Notes: generated from the letters alone by a model not told the origin. DNA of 64,000 nucleotides from an uncultured Bacillota bacterium (GCA_963823655.1 CAWGMK010000010.1:384001-448000), one strand, 5' to 3'; positions 1-11,200 are shown, numbered from the stretch's first letter. Translations and numbers: made by a program.

Positions 1-1
1 C

Positions 2-571
2 AAGACCCTCAGAGGACCCAGGGGCGGCATGATCCTGTGCACCGAGGAGTGGGGCAAGAAGATAGATTCAGCGATATTCCCCGGAATTCAGGGCGGACCG
101 CTGATGCATATAATCGCCGCCAAGGCCGCGGCCTTCAAGGAAGCCCTCACCCCCGAGTTCAAGAGCTACCAGGTGCAGATAGTCAAGAATGCAATAGCTC
201 TTGCGACTGCGCTTACAGAGAAGGGCTACAGGCTGGTCTCGGGCGGCACCGACAACCACTTGATGCTCCTGAACCTGATGGGAACGGGCATAACCGGAAA
301 GCAGCTTGAGAAGGCATTGGATGCAGTCAATATCACAGTGAACAAGAACGGCGTCCCGTTCGATACGGAGAAGCCGACCATTACAAGCGGCATAAGGCTC
401 GGAACGCCTGCAGTTACCACGCGCGGCATGAAAGAACCGGAGATGCGCCGGATAGCAGGCTTTATCGACAGAGTCATTAAGAACATAAACGACCAGCCTG
501 AGCTCGATAAGGTGGCTTTGGAAGTGCTAAAGCTCACAAAGGACTTTCATTTATATGAGGAATATATATAA
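2..571 (+). CDS. glyA: serine hydroxymethyltransferase, 5'-truncated by window edge
   Basis: Frame reads KTLRGPRGG...[11 protein letters not shown]...SGGTDNHL...NKN...[14 protein letters not shown], all SHMT motifs. Confidence 0.97.
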   Translation, partial: KTLRGPRGGMILCTEEWGKKIDSAIFPGIQGGPLMHIIAAKAAAFKEALTPEFKSYQVQIVKNAIALATALTEKGYRLVSGGTDNHLMLLNLMGTGITGKQLEKALDAVNITVNKNGVPFDTEKPTITSGIRLGTPAVTTRGMKEPEMRRIAGFIDRVIKNINDQPELDKVALEVLKLTKDFHLYEEYI

Positions 572-587
572 TTAATATGAGGCGGCT

Positions 588-612
588 AGGAGGGCCGGTG
601 ATCGGCCCTCCT
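588..612 (+). terminator. GC-rich hairpin after glyA, possible terminator without a U-tract
   Basis: AGGAGGGCCG-gtgat-CGGCCCTCCT inverted repeat. Confidence 0.4.
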
Positions 613-733
613 CCCGATACCCTGTCGTAGCTGGTGAAGCAATCAATGCATCATTGATGTGGATCATATGGCAACACTGGACAGGGATACCCCTGTCCTT
701 AGTATTGTATATATACCGAAAGGGGGAGAAGAA

Positions 734-1312
734 ATGGCAAAGCTTGTGGAGATACGCTGGCACAGTCGCGCAGGCCAGGGCGCCAAGACGGCAGCTCTGA
801 CCCTAGCCGAGGCCGCCATCGAATCCGGCAAGTACGCGCAGGCGTTCCCTGAATACGGCCCGGAACGTATGGGCGCACCCATGCAGGCGTTCAACAGGAT
901 CTCAGAGGATGAGATCACGGTTCACAGCAACGTACAGAACCCGACGATCGTAGTGATTCTCGACCCCAGCCTTATAGGGGCAACCAATGTATACGTAACG
1001 GGTGGCGTGCCCGAAGACGGCGTATACATAGTAAACACGCAGCTTCCGGCGGCAGAGATGAAGAAGAAGCTGGGAGTAGGCAAGGCGGCCAAGGTCTATA
1101 CCGTGGACGCGACGGCGATAAGCATCGACACCATCGGCAAGCCGATGCCGAACACGCCCATGATAGGCGCCCTGATCAAGATCACAAAGATGCTCGATTG
1201 GGACCTGGTAATCCATGAGACACGCGCCAAGCTGGGCAAGAAGTTCGGCAAGGACATAGTCGACAAGAATGTTATGGCCATGGAGAGGGCCTACAAGGAG
1301 GTGCGCTCCTGA
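734..1312 (+). CDS. porC: pyruvate/2-oxoacid:ferredoxin oxidoreductase gamma subunit
   Basis: EIRWHSRAGQG, AFPEYGPERMGAP, PNTPMIGA; ATG at 734 follows AGGGGGAG SD. Confidence 0.92.
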   Translation: MAKLVEIRWHSRAGQGAKTAALTLAEAAIESGKYAQAFPEYGPERMGAPMQAFNRISEDEITVHSNVQNPTIVVILDPSLIGATNVYVTGGVPEDGVYIVNTQLPAAEMKKKLGVGKAAKVYTVDATAISIDTIGKPMPNTPMIGALIKITKMLDWDLVIHETRAKLGKKFGKDIVDKNVMAMERAYKEVRS

Positions 1313-1629
1313 TGATACCCGATAAGAATAAGGGTTGGAAAGACGTACCGAAGGCCGGGCGCATCCTCGATGCGGGCTCGGCGAATGAATATGAAACCGG
1401 CGGCTGGAGGACCTACAGGCCAGTTTATACACCGGAGAACTGCATACAGTGCATGTTCTGCTGGATATACTGCCCTGACTGCGCCATCAAAGTCGTCGAC
1501 GGCAAGATGGCAGGCATAGACTATTCCCATTGCAAAGGCTGCGGCGTTTGTGTCAGGGAGTGCCCGACCAAGGCCGAGAAGCGCGCCCTTGTCCTCGTAA
1601 AAGAGGATGAGGCGAAGGGGAAGGAGTGA
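1312..1629 (+). CDS. porD: pyruvate/2-oxoacid:ferredoxin oxidoreductase delta subunit (2x[4Fe-4S])
   Basis: TGGWRTYRP followed by CIQCMFCWIYCP and CKGCGVCVRECP; TGATG overlap with porC. Confidence 0.93.
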   Translation: MIPDKNKGWKDVPKAGRILDAGSANEYETGGWRTYRPVYTPENCIQCMFCWIYCPDCAIKVVDGKMAGIDYSHCKGCGVCVRECPTKAEKRALVLVKEDEAKGKE

Positions 1630-1634
1630 CAGGA

Positions 1635-2813
1635 ATGACGAAGCTAACAGGAAAGACCGGTAATGAGGCAGTAGCCGAGGCCATGCGCCAGATCAATCCC
1701 GACGTAGTGGCCGCTTACCCGATCACTCCTCAGACCGAGATCGTGCAGATATATTCGAGCTTTGTGGCTAACGGCCAGTCAGATACCGAGATGGTTACAG
1801 TTGAATCCGAGCATTCGGCGATGAGCGCAACAATCGGTGCGGCCTCTGCGGGCGCAAGGGCGATGACCGCCACTTCCGCAAACGGCCTGGCGCTTATGTG
1901 GGAAGTCGTCTATATTTGCGCTTCGATGCGCCTTCCCGTCGTAATGCCCGTAGTCAACAGAGCCCTTTCCGGACCGATCAACATCCATAACGACCACTCG
2001 GACACCATGGGTGTAAGAGATTCCGGCTGGATACAGCTATACAGCGAGAACGCCCAGGAAGCCTACGACAACACGGTCATGGCCGCAAAGATCGCCGAGA
2101 ACAAGAAGGTTCTCCTTCCGGTCATGGTCATGATGGACGGCTTCATCATAAGCCACGCCCTCGAGGCGATGAGCATGCTCCCGGACGATGTCGTGAAGAA
2201 GTTCGTAGGGCCCTATAAGCCCGAAAATCCGCTCCTCGACGTAGATAATCCGCTTACCGTAGGACCTCTGGACCTCTTCGACTGGTACTTCGAGCACAAG
2301 AGGCAGCAGGCCCAGGCCATGATAGATTCAAAGGCAGTAATCCTCAAGGTCTCCAAGGACTTCGCGAAGCTCACCGGCAGGAGCTATGAGCTGTTCGAGA
2401 AGTACATGTTGGATGACGCCGAAGTAGCGATAGCGGTAATCGGCTCGACAGCCGGCACAGCACGCAAAGTCATCAACGACCTGCGCGCCGAGGGCATCAA
2501 GGCTGGCATGCTGAAAGTCCGCGTATTCAGGCCGTTCCCGACAGTGGAGCTGATCAAGGCGATCAAGGGCGTAAAGGCCTTCGGCGTCATGGACAAGGCT
2601 GATTCCTACGACGCAGTCGGAGGGCCTTTGTACAAGGACGTGCGCGCCGCAATGTACGGCAAGCGCGGCGGCAAGATCGTCAACTTCATCTACGGCCTTG
2701 GCGGCAGGGACGTAACCGAGCAGAACATACGCACGGTATTCGAGGACCTCAAGAAGATCGCTGACTCCGGCAAGGTGGCAAATCAGGTCACCTACCTGGG
2801 CGTCAGAGAGTAG
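1635..2813 (+). CDS. porA: pyruvate/2-oxoacid:ferredoxin oxidoreductase alpha subunit
   Basis: GNEAVA, AAYPITPQT, VESEHSAMS, NRALSGP, YGLGGRD. Confidence 0.93.
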   Translation: MTKLTGKTGNEAVAEAMRQINPDVVAAYPITPQTEIVQIYSSFVANGQSDTEMVTVESEHSAMSATIGAASAGARAMTATSANGLALMWEVVYICASMRLPVVMPVVNRALSGPINIHNDHSDTMGVRDSGWIQLYSENAQEAYDNTVMAAKIAENKKVLLPVMVMMDGFIISHALEAMSMLPDDVVKKFVGPYKPENPLLDVDNPLTVGPLDLFDWYFEHKRQQAQAMIDSKAVILKVSKDFAKLTGRSYELFEKYMLDDAEVAIAVIGSTAGTARKVINDLRAEGIKAGMLKVRVFRPFPTVELIKAIKGVKAFGVMDKADSYDAVGGPLYKDVRAAMYGKRGGKIVNFIYGLGGRDVTEQNIRTVFEDLKKIADSGKVANQVTYLGVRE

Positions 2814-2827
2814 GGGGTGGAAATAGG

Positions 2828-3757
2828 ATGGCAACTTTAAGGGAATTCGCTAAGAAGGAACTTGTGCTCTCATCAGGACATCGTGCCTGTGCGGGCTGCG
2901 GTTTCCCGACGATAATCAAACAGGTGGCCCTGGCATCCGACGCACCCCTTGTGGTCGGCTGCGCGACAGGTTGTATGGAAGTCACCACGACAATATATCC
3001 TTACACCGCGTGGAAGACCTCATTCATACATAACGCGTTCGAAAACGTCGCTGCCACTGTCAGCGGAGTAGAGGCGGCATATCAGTCGCTCAAGCGCCGC
3101 GGCAAGATAAAGAAGGACCAGAAGATCAACTTCGTCGCGTTCGGCGGCGATGGCGGCACCTATGACATCGGCTTCCAGTCGCTCTCAGGAGCTATGGAAA
3201 GAGGCCATGACATGGTATATGTCTGCTATGACAACCAGGCCTACATGAACACAGGCATACAGCGCTCATCAGCTACACCCAAGGGCGCCAACACCACGAC
3301 TTCCCCGGTCGGCTCAATGTCGACGGGCAAGCGCCAGTTCAGGAAGGACCTGACTGCTACCATGGTGGCGCACGACATACCATATGTGGCCCAGGCCAGC
3401 CCCTTCTTCTGGAATGACCTCACATCAAAGGCCAAGAAGGCCTTCGATGTAGAAGGACCGGCATTCCTGTGCGTAATCCAGCCCTGCGTATTGGGCTGGA
3501 AGTACGAGCCCAGCGAGTCGATGAGACTTGCAAAGCTCGCTGTAGAGACCTGCTACTGGCCTCTTTATGAGGTAGTAAACGGCGTCTACAAGCTCACCTA
3601 TAAGCCCAAGGAGAAGCTGCCCGTGGCGGAGTTCCTGAAGACCCAGGACCGCTTCAAGCACCTCTTCAAGCCGGAGAACGCCGCCTTGTTGCAGGAAATC
3701 CAGGATGACATCGATCTTAAGTGGAACAAGCTGCTGAAGCTCTGCGGCGAGATCTAG
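2828..3757 (+). CDS. porB: pyruvate/2-oxoacid:ferredoxin oxidoreductase beta subunit (TPP-binding)
   Basis: GHRACAGC, TGCMEV, GGDGGTYDIG, YDNQAYMNTGIQRS. Confidence 0.93.
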   Translation: MATLREFAKKELVLSSGHRACAGCGFPTIIKQVALASDAPLVVGCATGCMEVTTTIYPYTAWKTSFIHNAFENVAATVSGVEAAYQSLKRRGKIKKDQKINFVAFGGDGGTYDIGFQSLSGAMERGHDMVYVCYDNQAYMNTGIQRSSATPKGANTTTSPVGSMSTGKRQFRKDLTATMVAHDIPYVAQASPFFWNDLTSKAKKAFDVEGPAFLCVIQPCVLGWKYEPSESMRLAKLAVETCYWPLYEVVNGVYKLTYKPKEKLPVAEFLKTQDRFKHLFKPENAALLQEIQDDIDLKWNKLLKLCGEI

Positions 3758-3778
3758 GAATCGGACAAGTCATGATGT

Positions 3779-3810
3779 GCGCCAGAGGATAAGCCCTCTG
3801 GCGCCTTTTC
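3779..3810 (+). terminator. intrinsic terminator of the por operon
   Basis: GCGCCAGAGG-ataagc-CCTCTGGCGC followed by CTTTTC. Confidence 0.75.
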
Positions 3811-3844
3811 ATCTAAAGCGGGAAATTTCATACAACTATGTATA

Positions 3845-3873
3845 TTGACTATTAACATTCACAGTGGTAACAT
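3845..3873 (+). promoter_or_regulatory. sigmaA-type promoter for the T-box/serS transcript
   Basis: TTGACT-17 nt-TAACAT, about 10 nt before the T-box. Confidence 0.7.
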
Positions 3874-3883
3874 AACCTATACT

Positions 3884-4205
3884 AACGCGATGAATGGGAA
3901 CAGTAGACGAAGAAGCGCCCTACAGAGAGCCGGTAAAGCAATAGGCCTTCCAAAGAGACCAAGCAGGTAATGATGGGAAATGACCGATTTGCAAAAGGTG
4001 TGAGACCGGTGGGAGCAAGCGTCGAATCCGCCCAGGAGCGGCCGGCCGAACAAGAGTAGGCTGTGACGGGAGCGCCCGAAAAAGCGCAACGAGAGGGTAT
4101 GCTTAGGTAGGCGATTGGACCTACTTGGCATACCAAGCGGGGTGGTACCGCGAGTATCATGTAACTCGTCCCCGTGCGGCAGATGACCGCACGGTATTTT
4201 TTTAT
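3884..4205 (+). promoter_or_regulatory. T-box riboswitch, serine-specific
   Basis: GA motif GCGATGA, AGTA, AGAGAG bulge (3924), GGTGTGA loop (3997), specifier GAA-UCC (Ser, 4027-4029), T-box GGTGGTACCGCG (4141), terminator CCGTGCGG/CCGCACGG plus T-run; lies upstream of serS. Confidence 0.93.
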
Positions 4206-4234
4206 TCCGGCGGTCCTAAAGGGAGGCGCGGCAG

Positions 4235-5507
<1,273 letters not shown>

Positions 5508-5519
5508 GTACATTAGGAT

Positions 5520-5549
5520 TTGACGGGGCACCAGCCCTGATGTTAAAAT
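5520..5549 (+). promoter_or_regulatory. sigmaA-type promoter for the tRNA-Ser pair
   Basis: TTGACG-18 nt-TAAAAT with an extended TG. Confidence 0.55.
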
Positions 5550-5582
5550 CCAACTTGCTGATTCACTTCAGCCCACGGCCAC

Positions 5583-5671
5583 GGAGGGGTGTCCGAGCGG
5601 TTTATGGAGCTGGTCTTGAAAACCAGTGTCTCAGCAATGGGCCGTGGGTTCAAATCCCACCCCCTCCGCCA
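5583..5671 (+). tRNA. tRNA-Ser(TGA)
   Basis: GGAGGGG acceptor stem, anticodon arm CTGGT-CT TGA AA-ACCAG, long variable arm, TTCAAATC, encoded CCA. Confidence 0.96.
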
Positions 5672-5694
5672 TAATGCCTAATTGCCAGCTTTAC

Positions 5695-5785
5695 GGAGAG
5701 ATACCCAAGAGGCTGAAGGGGCCGGTTTGCTAAACCGGTAGTAGGGGAAACTCTAGCGCGGGTTCGAATCCCGCTCTCTCCGCCA
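5695..5785 (+). tRNA. tRNA-Ser(GCT)
   Basis: Anticodon arm CCGGT-TT GCT AA-ACCGG, long variable arm, GTTCGAATC, CCA. Confidence 0.96.
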
Positions 5786-5790
5786 GATAT

Positions 5791-5819
5791 GAAGGGGACC
5801 GGACGTACCGGTCCCCTTC
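5791..5819 (+). terminator. hairpin after the tRNA-Ser pair
   Basis: GAAGGGGACCGG-acgta-CCGGTCCCCTTC. Confidence 0.6.
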
Positions 5820-5886
5820 AACCTTGCTTATAGGGCCAAACGGCTTATAATAGCACTTAGAGGGCATAATAAGGGAGGCGATTAAC

Positions 5887-6603
5887 CTGGGTGAGAACAA
5901 GCTTGTCAACGAAATCCGCCTATATCTAGTAAGCAACTCCGATCCCAAAATCGCCGAGAAGTACAGGAAATACTTCGTCGAGGGGTACGATCCGTACGGC
6001 GTGGATGCGTCTCTAACAGTACGAAAGGCCGAGGAGCTCATAAAGAGCGGTATTAGCCTCGATGAGGCAATGTCCGTGTCGCTTGAGCTTGTATCCTCGG
6101 GCAAGTACGAGGAAGGGCACCTGGCTATAAGCCTCATCAAAAGGCTGCGCAAGCAGTATACCAAGGAGACCTTCAAGCAGATCGCCGGCTGGTTCCAAAA
6201 GGGCATCAGGAACTGGGCCCACGTAGACGGCCTGTCCGGGGATGTCGTATCTTCCTTCCTTATAGATGGCATCATAGGGCTGCACGAGATCTCCATATGG
6301 GAAACGTCAGAGTATAAGTATCAAAGGCGAACAGTGCCGGTATCCCTTATAAAGACCGTAGGCAAGACATTCACTTCGAACCAGGTCATTGATACGGTGG
6401 AGCCGCTCATGCTGGACCCTGAAAAGGTCGTCCAGCAGGGTATGGGCTGGCTGCTCAGGGAGATCTGGAAGAAGGATCCGGCCCCCGTGGAGGCCGTTCT
6501 TATGAAGTACAGGCTGACGGGCCCTCGTGTGATTTTCCAATATGCCACAGAGAAGATGACCCCCGAAAAGAAGGAAGAGTTCAGAAGGAAGGTCAAAGTC
6601 TGA
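5887..6603 (+). CDS. DNA alkylation repair protein (AlkD-like HEAT-repeat family), probable CTG start
   Basis: NWAHVD, W..S..YQRR, DPEKVVQQGMGWLLRE; the frame is open upstream of the 6001 GTG back to a CTG 8 nt after a GGAGG SD. Confidence 0.75.
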   Translation: MGENKLVNEIRLYLVSNSDPKIAEKYRKYFVEGYDPYGVDASLTVRKAEELIKSGISLDEAMSVSLELVSSGKYEEGHLAISLIKRLRKQYTKETFKQIAGWFQKGIRNWAHVDGLSGDVVSSFLIDGIIGLHEISIWETSEYKYQRRTVPVSLIKTVGKTFTSNQVIDTVEPLMLDPEKVVQQGMGWLLREIWKKDPAPVEAVLMKYRLTGPRVIFQYATEKMTPEKKEEFRRKVKV

Positions 6604-6605
6604 GG

Positions 6606-7415
6606 ATGATCGCACCGGTTACAAACGCAAAGCGGCTATTCATGCCGAAGACATACCATAACAGGCTGATCAAGGGCGTGATGCAGTTCGGGCTCATCAA
6701 GCCCGGCGATAGCATCCTTGTGGGCTTCTCCGGAGGGAAGGACAGCGCATTTCTGCTATATGCCCTGAAATGCCTGCAAAGCTACGGCAGCCTGGACTTT
6801 AGCCTCGGGGCAGCTACCGTGGACCTGGGATTCGAGAAGCCGCTTGAAGAGAAGCCGATTTCGGACTTCTGCGAGAGCCTCGGGATTAGCCACTCGTTCA
6901 TAAGGACAAAGGCCTATGACGTAATAATGGAGCGTTCCGAGGAATCCCCCTGCGCATGGTGCTCATATTTCAGGAGGGCCACCATAAACAGCTTCGCGGT
7001 GAAGAGCGGGTTCAACAAGGTGGCCTATGCGCATCACATGGACGATGCCATAGAGACCCTGCTTATGAACATGCTCTATTCGGGCAGGGGAGGCACTTTC
7101 CTTCCTTTGACCAAGCTGGAGAGAAGCGGTATAGAGGTAATAAGACCCCTGATCTACTTCGAGGAGAGGGACGTCGCCCGCTCACTGAAATTCATGGGTT
7201 TCGAGCCCGTGCCAAGCCCCTGCCCGTTCGGCGAGCAAACGGCAAGGGCCAAAGTGAAGGCCATGATTAAAGACCTACACAGAGAGAATAAAATGGTAAG
7301 GCCAAACCTTGAGGCCGTAGTCAGATCCGGCCTGTCGCAATACATAGTGTCGGACAAACCTAAAAAAGGCCAAAATGGTCATTTGTTGGCTTCAGGAGGA
7401 ACAACCGGCGCCTAG
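6606..7415 (+). CDS. ttcA: tRNA 2-thiocytidine biosynthesis protein, TtcA family (PP-loop)
   Basis: SGGKDS PP-loop, SPCAWCS, AHHMDD, VIRPL, PSPCP. Confidence 0.8.
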   Translation: MIAPVTNAKRLFMPKTYHNRLIKGVMQFGLIKPGDSILVGFSGGKDSAFLLYALKCLQSYGSLDFSLGAATVDLGFEKPLEEKPISDFCESLGISHSFIRTKAYDVIMERSEESPCAWCSYFRRATINSFAVKSGFNKVAYAHHMDDAIETLLMNMLYSGRGGTFLPLTKLERSGIEVIRPLIYFEERDVARSLKFMGFEPVPSPCPFGEQTARAKVKAMIKDLHRENKMVRPNLEAVVRSGLSQYIVSDKPKKGQNGHLLASGGTTGA

Positions 7416-7423
7416 AAAACGTA
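7398..7423 (+). promoter_or_regulatory. candidate ECF sigma-factor promoter
   Basis: GGAAC-N17-CGTA upstream of the LolA-like gene. Confidence 0.35.
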
Positions 7424-7444
7424 GAATATATATAGTCGGTTAAT

Positions 7445-7473
7445 TTGACGTCAAACTGGCATTAAAATATAAT
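7445..7473 (+). promoter_or_regulatory. sigmaA-type promoter of the LolA-RND operon
   Basis: TTGACG-17 nt-TATAAT; the -35 lies within the palindrome TTTGACGTCAAA. Confidence 0.75.
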
Positions 7474-7513
7474 CATATAAGTATGAAGTCTTAAGCTCTG
7501 GAGGCTGATTCCC

Positions 7514-8221
7514 ATGAGATTTAAAGCTAGCGCTGCATTGTCGGCTGCAGCCAGGATGTTGGCTGTAGCCGCATTAGTAATTATCATAGCAAGGGCAGCG
7601 CAGGCCGCCCCCTCAGGCGAGGAAATTGCCGCGAGAGTCAAGGCCAGCTATGAGAGCCTTAAGACAGTATCACTCATCACTGCAATAGAATATAAGGACG
7701 GCAAGAACCTTCTTGCCATGAAGGCCAGCGTTAGTGCGGATATGGCCACAGGCATCCTTCGCATAGAGATAACCGAACATCCCGTAATAGAAGGCCAGAT
7801 AGTAATCATAGACGGCACCAAGGGCATATCTACTGTTTATATGCCGGTAACAAGCCAGGCGTTCCGCGGGCCTTCAGCTAAAGTGGCTGCGGCCATCGGG
7901 CTTGACCTAAGCGCGATAGACCCGGAGCAGCTTTTGAACATCGACATCAACTCGGCACTATCCGTAAAGTATGTAAGGACGGAGAAAATCGACAGGTTCA
8001 ACTATTACGTGCTGGAAACTAGGCCTAAACAGGCTCCTGATACATATCAACTCGTATGGGTCGACGCGGAAAACTACAGCATCAAGCAAGTAGAGGCGTT
8101 CGACGCAGCTAAAGTAAGACTGGTCAAGGTCGTAATAGAAGACTACAAGCCGAATGTAAAGCTTGATCTAAAGAAGCTCGTTGAGCTGCCCAAGGGCACT
8201 AAGTTGACCGATATAAAATAA
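7514..8221 (+). CDS. secreted LolA-like (outer-membrane lipoprotein carrier fold) protein
   Basis: Signal peptide ending AQA-A; LolA-like pattern RIEI..HP..GQIVIIDG...YMP, YYVLETRPK, LVWVDAENY.I.QVE, PNVKLD....ELPKG. Confidence 0.65.
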   Translation: MRFKASAALSAAARMLAVAALVIIIARAAQAAPSGEEIAARVKASYESLKTVSLITAIEYKDGKNLLAMKASVSADMATGILRIEITEHPVIEGQIVIIDGTKGISTVYMPVTSQAFRGPSAKVAAAIGLDLSAIDPEQLLNIDINSALSVKYVRTEKIDRFNYYVLETRPKQAPDTYQLVWVDAENYSIKQVEAFDAAKVRLVKVVIEDYKPNVKLDLKKLVELPKGTKLTDIK

Positions 8222-8246
8222 TACCCGGTCTTCTGGAGGGAAATAT

Positions 8247-11200
8247 ATGAATCTTACGCTGTTCTCACTAAAAAGGCCGGTAACAGTCCTTATGACGATA
8301 CTGGCCATTCTTCTTTTCGGTCTGATCTCCTTCGGAAGATTAGGGCTTGAGATGCTGCCCAATCTTGATTTCCCGATGCTCGCGGTAGTAACGATATATC
8401 CGAACGCCGACGCTGAAACGGTCGAATCGACGGTTACCGTGCCGGTGGAAGCCTCCATACGATCTATTAGAGGAGTCAAGAATGTAAACTCCACCAGCAT
8501 GGAGAATGCCTCCATGATAATGATGGAGTTCGAATGGGGCACGAACCTCAGCGAAGTGGAATCGCTCGTGAAATCCGAGCTAGAAGCCAATGCGCTCTTC
8601 ATGCCCAGCGGAGCTCAGGCGCCCTTCATCATGAGGATGAACCCCAAATCTGTTTCTATGCTGATGATAAGCATAGGCCTCGAAGGCGACCCCGTGGATG
8701 TGACAGCCAGGATAAGAAGCGAGATACTCCCCGAGCTGAACAGGGTTCCGGGGGTTGCAGGCATAATCCTCAGCGGCGGAACGGATAAGATAATAACTGT
8801 CGAGTACGACCATGATAAACTAGTCGAAAACAGCGTCAATCCTTCGCTTTTGCAGCTTCTGATCCAGTATCAGAACATGTCCATTCCTGCAGGTACCATT
8901 GTTGAAGAGGGAGTAAGGTACCAGACCAAGGTGGGCTCGAAGCTCAAGAGCCTGGAGGATATCGAAAACCTCGTAATCGGACTTAAACAGAAGGATGAGG
9001 ACAGCGAGGGCGGCTCCGGAATATTGGGGCTTTCCATGCTGATGCCATCATTCCTTACAGTTGGCGACGTGGCGGATGTAAGAGTAGAGGGGCAGACGGC
9101 AGAGGGCTTCATGAGGATAAACGGGAAGTCCAGCGTCGTCATAATGATATACAAGCAGTCGGGCTACAATACAGTCCAGGTGGCAAGGGACGTCAAGGTA
9201 AAGATTGCCGAGCTGAGGGAGAAGTATCCCGAGATATCTCTTGGCTACATCTTCGACCAGTCGGAGTACATATCCCAAGTCGATTAGCGACCTAGGCTCA
9301 AGCGCTATACAGGGCGCATTCCTGGCCATGGCGATATTGCTCGTATACTTGAGAAGCATAAAGGCAACATTCGTAATCGGATTATCGATTCCGCTTTCCA
9401 TAGTTATCACTTTCGCCGTGATGCTTGCCACGAAAATGGAGCTAAACCTCCTTACTCTAGGAGGGCTTGCGCTGGGGATAGGAATGCTCGTGGACAACTC
9501 GATAGTTGTCCTCGAGAGCATATACCGAAGAAGAGAGATGGGCGACAGCATGTTCGATGCTGCCCTATACGGCACCAAGGAAGTTGCCTTGGCGATAATG
9601 GGCTCTACTCTTACGACAATCGGCGTATTCATTCCGGTAATATTCCTTTCAAGCCTTGCCGGGCAGCTCTTCAAGGACCTGGCCCTAACGGTCACTTATT
9701 CGCTGGCGGCATCGATTTTCGTCGCCTTGACGATAGTGCCTCTTGCAAGCCTCAAGCTGAATCTGAAGGCCCCCAAGAATGCCGCCTTGGAGCTTGAGGA
9801 ATCCAATCTATACCGAGAAGGAAAGGTATGAAAGGTACGGCAAGAAGAAGTCACTGAAGATATACGAAAATGCCGTCGGCTGGGGACTCAGGCATAAGTG
9901 GTATGTGATAGTCATTGGTGGCGGCTTCGGTCTTAATTTCGGTATTCCTGTATATGAATATGGACCAGGAGTTCCTGCCTAAGATGGACATGGGCAGGAT
10001 AGACGTAACATTGACCCTGCCTGCAGGTAGCCCCATCTCGGTTACCGATGCGGCTTCTAAGGAATTCGAGGCCATGCTGCTTGAGAAACCATGGGTAGAA
10101 TCAGTCTCGGCCCAGGTAGGAAGCATGGGAACTGGCTCATACCTGGCGCTTACCCTTTCGAATGCCGCCAATGAGGCGACTCTGGGCGTGAATATCCGTC
10201 AGGATGCGGAGAACATCCATATCGATAAGGCGAACGAGGAGGTAAGGCTTGCCGCGAATGCGATCAAGGCCAAATACCCCGGCTCCAACATTACTGTAGA
10301 CACATCTGGCTTCGGCTCCCTGTTGGGAGGGGTCGTCGACATCTTCGGCACCAAGATAACAGTCAGCATAACGGGCAATAACGATGAGAATATTTCGAAG
10401 TTCGCGGCCGAAATCACCGAGAAGCTAAGGGCAACAGAGGGCATAGTCGACGTGGTTTCGGACCTTGAGAATACTCAACCTGTCATGGTTCTGGATGTTA
10501 ACAGGACCAGGGCTCTTAATGGGAGGCCTTACGGTCGCCCAGATTGGTCTTGGTGTAAGGACCAGTTCGCTGGGAACCAACGTAACGTCCATCAACCTGG
10601 ACGGTGAGACAATTCAGGTGGTGGTCAAGCCTTCAACAGGAGACAACCCTGATTTGGCCTCTCTCATGGATCTTCCTGTTAGCAGTTCGATGTCCATCTT
10701 CGGAGGCGCGGATTCTTCGGCGACATCAACCGCCGCCGCCGCTAGCTCGCTGCTATCGCCGGTGACCGATGTATATGTCAACAAAGTAGCCACTGCAGTG
10801 CCTGAGACCGGGCCTGTACAGCTGCTGAGATTGAACGGCGAAAGGATTGTCCAGGTAAAGTACGCCTTCGAAGACTCACTGAAGGTGGGAAGGGCGCAGG
10901 AAATCGCCGAAGAGATCGCGGCCGGCATGGATATACCTGAGGGTGTAAACGTAAGCTTCGGAGGGGTATCCGAGTTTCTCACTGAGGGCTTCAACGACTT
11001 ATACTTCGCAGGGGCGCTTGCGATATTCATCGTCTATTTCATAATGGCGGTCCAATTCGAATCCTTCCTGTATCCGCTGATAATCCTGTTCACCGTCCCG
11101 TTGGCGTTGATAGGTGCCATCGCCATAATGTTCTTAACAGGCCAGGCGATTGGCATAAGTGCTCTGATAGGGATAATCATACTTATCGGGGTGGTCGTGA

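Noticed and set aside
620-690. ZTP (pfl) riboswitch resemblance next to glyA
   Set aside because: Only loose CTGGTGAA/GTGG similarity; the 3' CGCCTGGG hairpin is missing and the element is downstream of glyA.
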